DNA of 33,922 nucleotides from NCBI GenBank assembly GCA_001275005.1, contig JWZX01002180.1:1-33922 (forward strand), written 5' to 3'. Origin of the DNA: Chrysochromulina tobinii (taxonomy: Eukaryota). The position numbers and the translations under genes are program-made. Of the stretch, positions 30,575 to 33,922 are shown piece after piece; the stretch's first letter is position 1, and each line of letters opens with the position of its first letter. The notes under the pieces were generated by a model. It was not told the origin of the DNA. It made no database searches and saw nothing but the letters and a program-made list of their open reading frames with translations.

Positions 30575-31255
30575 TCACGGCATCGAGTGCTCACGCAGCC
30601 ACGTGGCTGCTTCCTCTTTGCTGACGGGTAAGCAATCATCGATCGAGGCGCTCGCCACCATCGAGTAGTAGCGGCGCGCCATATTCTCGTCGTACGGAAA
30701 GCCATTGAGGCCACCTCCGTATGCGTATCCCAGAATGAAGCACGCGCTCTTGCTGCCTCGTGTGGCGGCCTCGCTCATCACCGTAACACCACGCGTAAGG
30801 CACGCCGGCACGCCTTTACCCATCAAGTAGCACCTGCCAAGGCAGCCAGTCCCACTGAGATCCCCAGCCTCGTAGCTCTTCTCGAACCACTTGAAAGCCT
30901 TGGCCTTGTCCTCAGCGAGGCCCTTGTCACCAAGCTCGTACCATAGCCCCAGGTTGTACATGGCACAGCCATCACCAGACTCGGCCAAGAGCCGCGTCTC
31001 CGTCACCACCTCCTCTTCATTCAGCCTCAGCTCCAACGCCTCGGTCAAGAGCCGCGTCTCATTCACATCCTCCTCCTCCACTTCGTCACCCGTGCGAGCG
31101 CCCTGTGTTTGGGTAGCAAAGATGTCTTCCTTCAACAATATTTCCTCGTTCGATGCTCGCGCGGCTCGTCCTTTCTTCCCCTTAGGCGCTAAATGAAGCC
31201 CGGGGACTTGACGCATTGGCGCGCGCGCGTGCGAATCCGGGTCGTCTTTCGGCAT
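30575..31255 (-). CDS. Sel1-repeat protein, copy 1
   Basis: AMYNLGLWYELGDKGLAEDKAKAFKWFEKS, LGRCYLMGKGV, ACFILGYAYGGGLNGFPYDENMARRYY are Sel1-like repeats. Confidence 0.85.
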   Translation of the reverse strand: MPKDDPDSHARAPMRQVPGLHLAPKGKKGRAARASNEEILLKEDIFATQTQGARTGDEVEEEDVNETRLLTEALELRLNEEEVVTETRLLAESGDGCAMYNLGLWYELGDKGLAEDKAKAFKWFEKSYEAGDLSGTGCLGRCYLMGKGVPACLTRGVTVMSEAATRGSKSACFILGYAYGGGLNGFPYDENMARRYYSMVASASIDDCLPVSKEEAATWLREHSMP

Positions 31256-31464
31256 CCTGCCGCCGATGAACGCCGCAAGAACGCCACCTACCGCAAGATA
31301 GGCTCATGTGGCTCGTGCCGACCGACGAAGTAGCCAGGGAATTCGCAATTCCCGCAATTAATTGTACGCGACCGCCGCGCACCACAGCGCTTGTACCGGT
31401 AAAAAGACACCGGGGGAGCCGGGACACACACGGGACCGGTATGGTAAGCGAGACGTATCCCCGC

Positions 31465-31492
31465 GCAAGCAAGCAAGCAAGCAAGCAAGCAT

Positions 31493-31536
<44 letters not shown>

Positions 31537-31559
31537 ACAAGCAAGCAAGCAAGCAAGCA
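31465..31559. repeat. (GCAA)n microsatellite
   Basis: About 23 GCAA units with two interruptions. Confidence 0.95.
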
Positions 31560-32088
31560 TTCGTTTGCGCTCGTTTTTAAGCTGGTTTAGGTACTTGTGT
31601 GTTTCGACTAATTCGCTTGTAGCTCGCTTGCTTCCCGCCTTCCCCGCGCAATCGTCGGCCCCGTAGGCTCTTCGACAGCGGCGCGCACACAAATCACCGC
31701 ACGAAACCCATGGACGAAACCCCCAAACCCCCAGGCCCCGCCCCGCCCACACCAGGCTTTATGGTTGAATCCCCGCAGTCGGCCTCGAAGGCTCTGCGAC
31801 AGCGACACGCACATCACCCCAGGCGCTACTACCACGCGTTGACTTGCACACGTGCACATCACCCCAGGCCGCCCCGCACCCGCACCAGGCTTCATGGTAG
31901 ATTACGCCTGCCGTCGGCCACAGAGGCTCTTCGATAGCGTCATGCTCAGTTTTTTCATGCTTCCACGCTCGTGCGCTGCGCGTGCACACGGCGCTGGCCC
32001 GGTGCGACGGACCGGTGGCTGCTTGACGGCTGGAGGAGGCGTGGGCTTTCATCAGCCCCACCTGTTCCCCTCTCGCATCAGGTGCTAT

Positions 32089-32859
32089 TCACGGCATCGA
32101 GTGCTCACGCAGCCACGTGGCTGCTTCCTCTTTGCTGACGGGTAAGCAATCATCGACCGAGGCGCTCGCCACCATCGAGTAGTAGCGGCGCGCCATATTC
32201 TCGTCGTACGGAAAGCCATTGAGGCCACCTCCGTATGCGTACCCCAGAATGAAGCACGCGCTCTTGCTGCCTCGTGTGGCGGCCTCGCTCATCACCGTAA
32301 CACCACGCGTAAGGCACGCCGGCACGCCTTTACCCATCAAGTAGCACCTGCCAAGGCAGCCAGTCCCACTGAGATCCCCAGCCTCGTAGCTCTTCTCGAA
32401 CCACTTGAAAGCCTTGGCCTTGTCCTCAGCGAGGCCCTTGTCACCAAGCTCGTACCATAGCCCCAGGTTGTACATGGCACAGCCATCACCAGACTCGGCC
32501 AAGAGCCGCGTCTCCGTCACCACCTCCTCTTCATCCGGCCTCAGCTCCAACGCCTCGGTCAACAGCCGCGTCTCATTCCTCTCCTCCTCTTCCTCCTCCA
32601 GCCTCACCTCCTTGTCCTCCTTCAGCCTCAGCTCCAACGCCTCGGTCAAGAGCCGCGTCTCATTCACATCCTCTTCCTCCTCCACTTCGTCACCCGTGCG
32701 AGCGCCCTGTGTTTGGGTAGCAAAGATGTCTTCCTTCAACAACATTTCCTCGTTCGATGCTCGCGCGGCTCGTCCTTTCTTCCCCTTAGGCGCTAAATGA
32801 AGCCCGGGGACTTGACGCATTGGCGCGCGCGCGTGCGAATCCGGGTCGTCTTTCGGCAT
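32089..32859 (-). CDS. Sel1-repeat protein, copy 2
   Basis: Near-identical to copy 1, with 30 extra residues including one more ETRLLTEALELR unit. Confidence 0.85.
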   Translation of the reverse strand: MPKDDPDSHARAPMRQVPGLHLAPKGKKGRAARASNEEMLLKEDIFATQTQGARTGDEVEEEEDVNETRLLTEALELRLKEDKEVRLEEEEEERNETRLLTEALELRPDEEEVVTETRLLAESGDGCAMYNLGLWYELGDKGLAEDKAKAFKWFEKSYEAGDLSGTGCLGRCYLMGKGVPACLTRGVTVMSEAATRGSKSACFILGYAYGGGLNGFPYDENMARRYYSMVASASVDDCLPVSKEEAATWLREHSMP

Positions 32860-33842
32860 CCTGCCGCCGATGAACGCGCAAGAACGCCGCGTTACATCAA
32901 GATAGGCTCATGTGGCCGCCGTCCAACGATGTCCACCCAGGGGGGCGCTCGTGCTAGACTTTTGGAAATAATTTCCCAAAGTCGCCGCTCGTGGAGCACT
33001 GCGTGCGACGTCCTGACTTTTCGTTAGAAATAAACGGGTTCACGCGAGTCAAGTCAGGGGAGGGAGGGGAACGCGCAATTAGCAAAAAGGGCAGCTTAGC
33101 ATGAATCGATCCTTCGATCGAATCCAAATTGGAAATTCAAGGGGCCCAATTGCCACCGTGCCCGTCTCTACGCACGCCTCATCACCCTATGCTCTATTTA
33201 CGAAAATGGTCAGCTCAGAACGACAATCAACGCAAGCGCGCTGTTATTTTTGCGTCGTTGTCCTCAGCTTTACAGTTTACTACTCGCGGTATACATTGCG
33301 GTATACATGTATGGCCTTGAGAAGGCTCACCTCTTCGCCACGACGCCACCCCCCCCCATCACCGCGCCAGGCATCCGCGCGCCGTATCGCGGTAACTGAT
33401 CAATTCTCCGCCTAGACCCTAGTGTGCAATCTTGCTGCACTTTACACTTTTTAAATAAGTCACAGCCGGCGAAAAGCGGCATGCACATTGGGGCATTCAC
33501 CCAAGGGCCGCCCCGAACCAGCACCAGGCTTTATGCTAGATTACGCCTGCCGTCGGCCACAGAGGCTCGCTTCGATAGCGGCATGCTCACCGCTCAGTTA
33601 TTTCATGCTTCCATGCTCGTGGCTCCATCGCACGTGATTCAGTTTTCGGACGGGCTCTGGTGGGCTCTCCGTCCATCATTTTGGCTTATGCGCTGGTGCT
33701 TCCATGCTCGTGCGCTGCGCGTGCACACGGCGCTGGCCCGGTGCAACGGACCGGTGGCTGCTTGACGGATGAATTCTGTACGGCTGGAGGAGGCGTGAGC
33801 TTTCATAAGCCCCACCTGTTCCCCTCTCGCATCGGGTGCTAT

Positions 33843-33922
33843 TCACGGCATCGAGTGCTCACGCAGCCACGTGGCTGCTTCCTCTTTGCTGACGGGTAAG
33901 CAATCATCGACCGAGGCGCTCG
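33843..33922 (-). CDS. Sel1-repeat protein, copy 3 (3' end only, runs off the window)
   Basis: Matches the 3' end of copy 2 (SASVDDCLPVSKEEAATWLREHSMP*). Confidence 0.8.
   Translation of the reverse strand, partial: SASVDDCLPVSKEEAATWLREHSMP

Noticed and set aside
31182..31752. ORFs with LACL/ASKQ repeats
   Set aside because: Translation artefacts of the (GCAA)n microsatellite.

Overview
GC-rich eukaryotic genomic DNA, most likely from a haptophyte alga (Chrysochromulina/Emiliania-like; inferred from composition, intron style and gene families). It holds about 14 protein-coding genes: a 5'-truncated intron-containing coiled-coil gene, an F-box gene, an EF-hand/IQ/WW protein, RNA polymerase III subunit RPC2, a signal-peptide kinase, a GRDP/DUF1399-like gene, a flavin disulfide reductase, a 1586-aa multidomain protein, a PP2C, a CS-domain protein, a weak hypothetical gene and a tandem array of Sel1-repeat genes. 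An AGC-kinase remnant is split by an inversion. Two things stand out. (1) The 1586-aa protein combines a CENP-C motif, a possible SANTA-like domain, a Tudor domain, nine tandem AP2-like domains with hypervariable DNA-contact strands and a RING finger. (2) Five predicted phase-0 introns are each built from a duplicated piece of neighbouring exon beginning GTGC plus one of two shared branch-point/acceptor cassettes, which looks like ongoing intron generation. All splicing and domain calls are made by eye and need RNA-seq or HMM confirmation.
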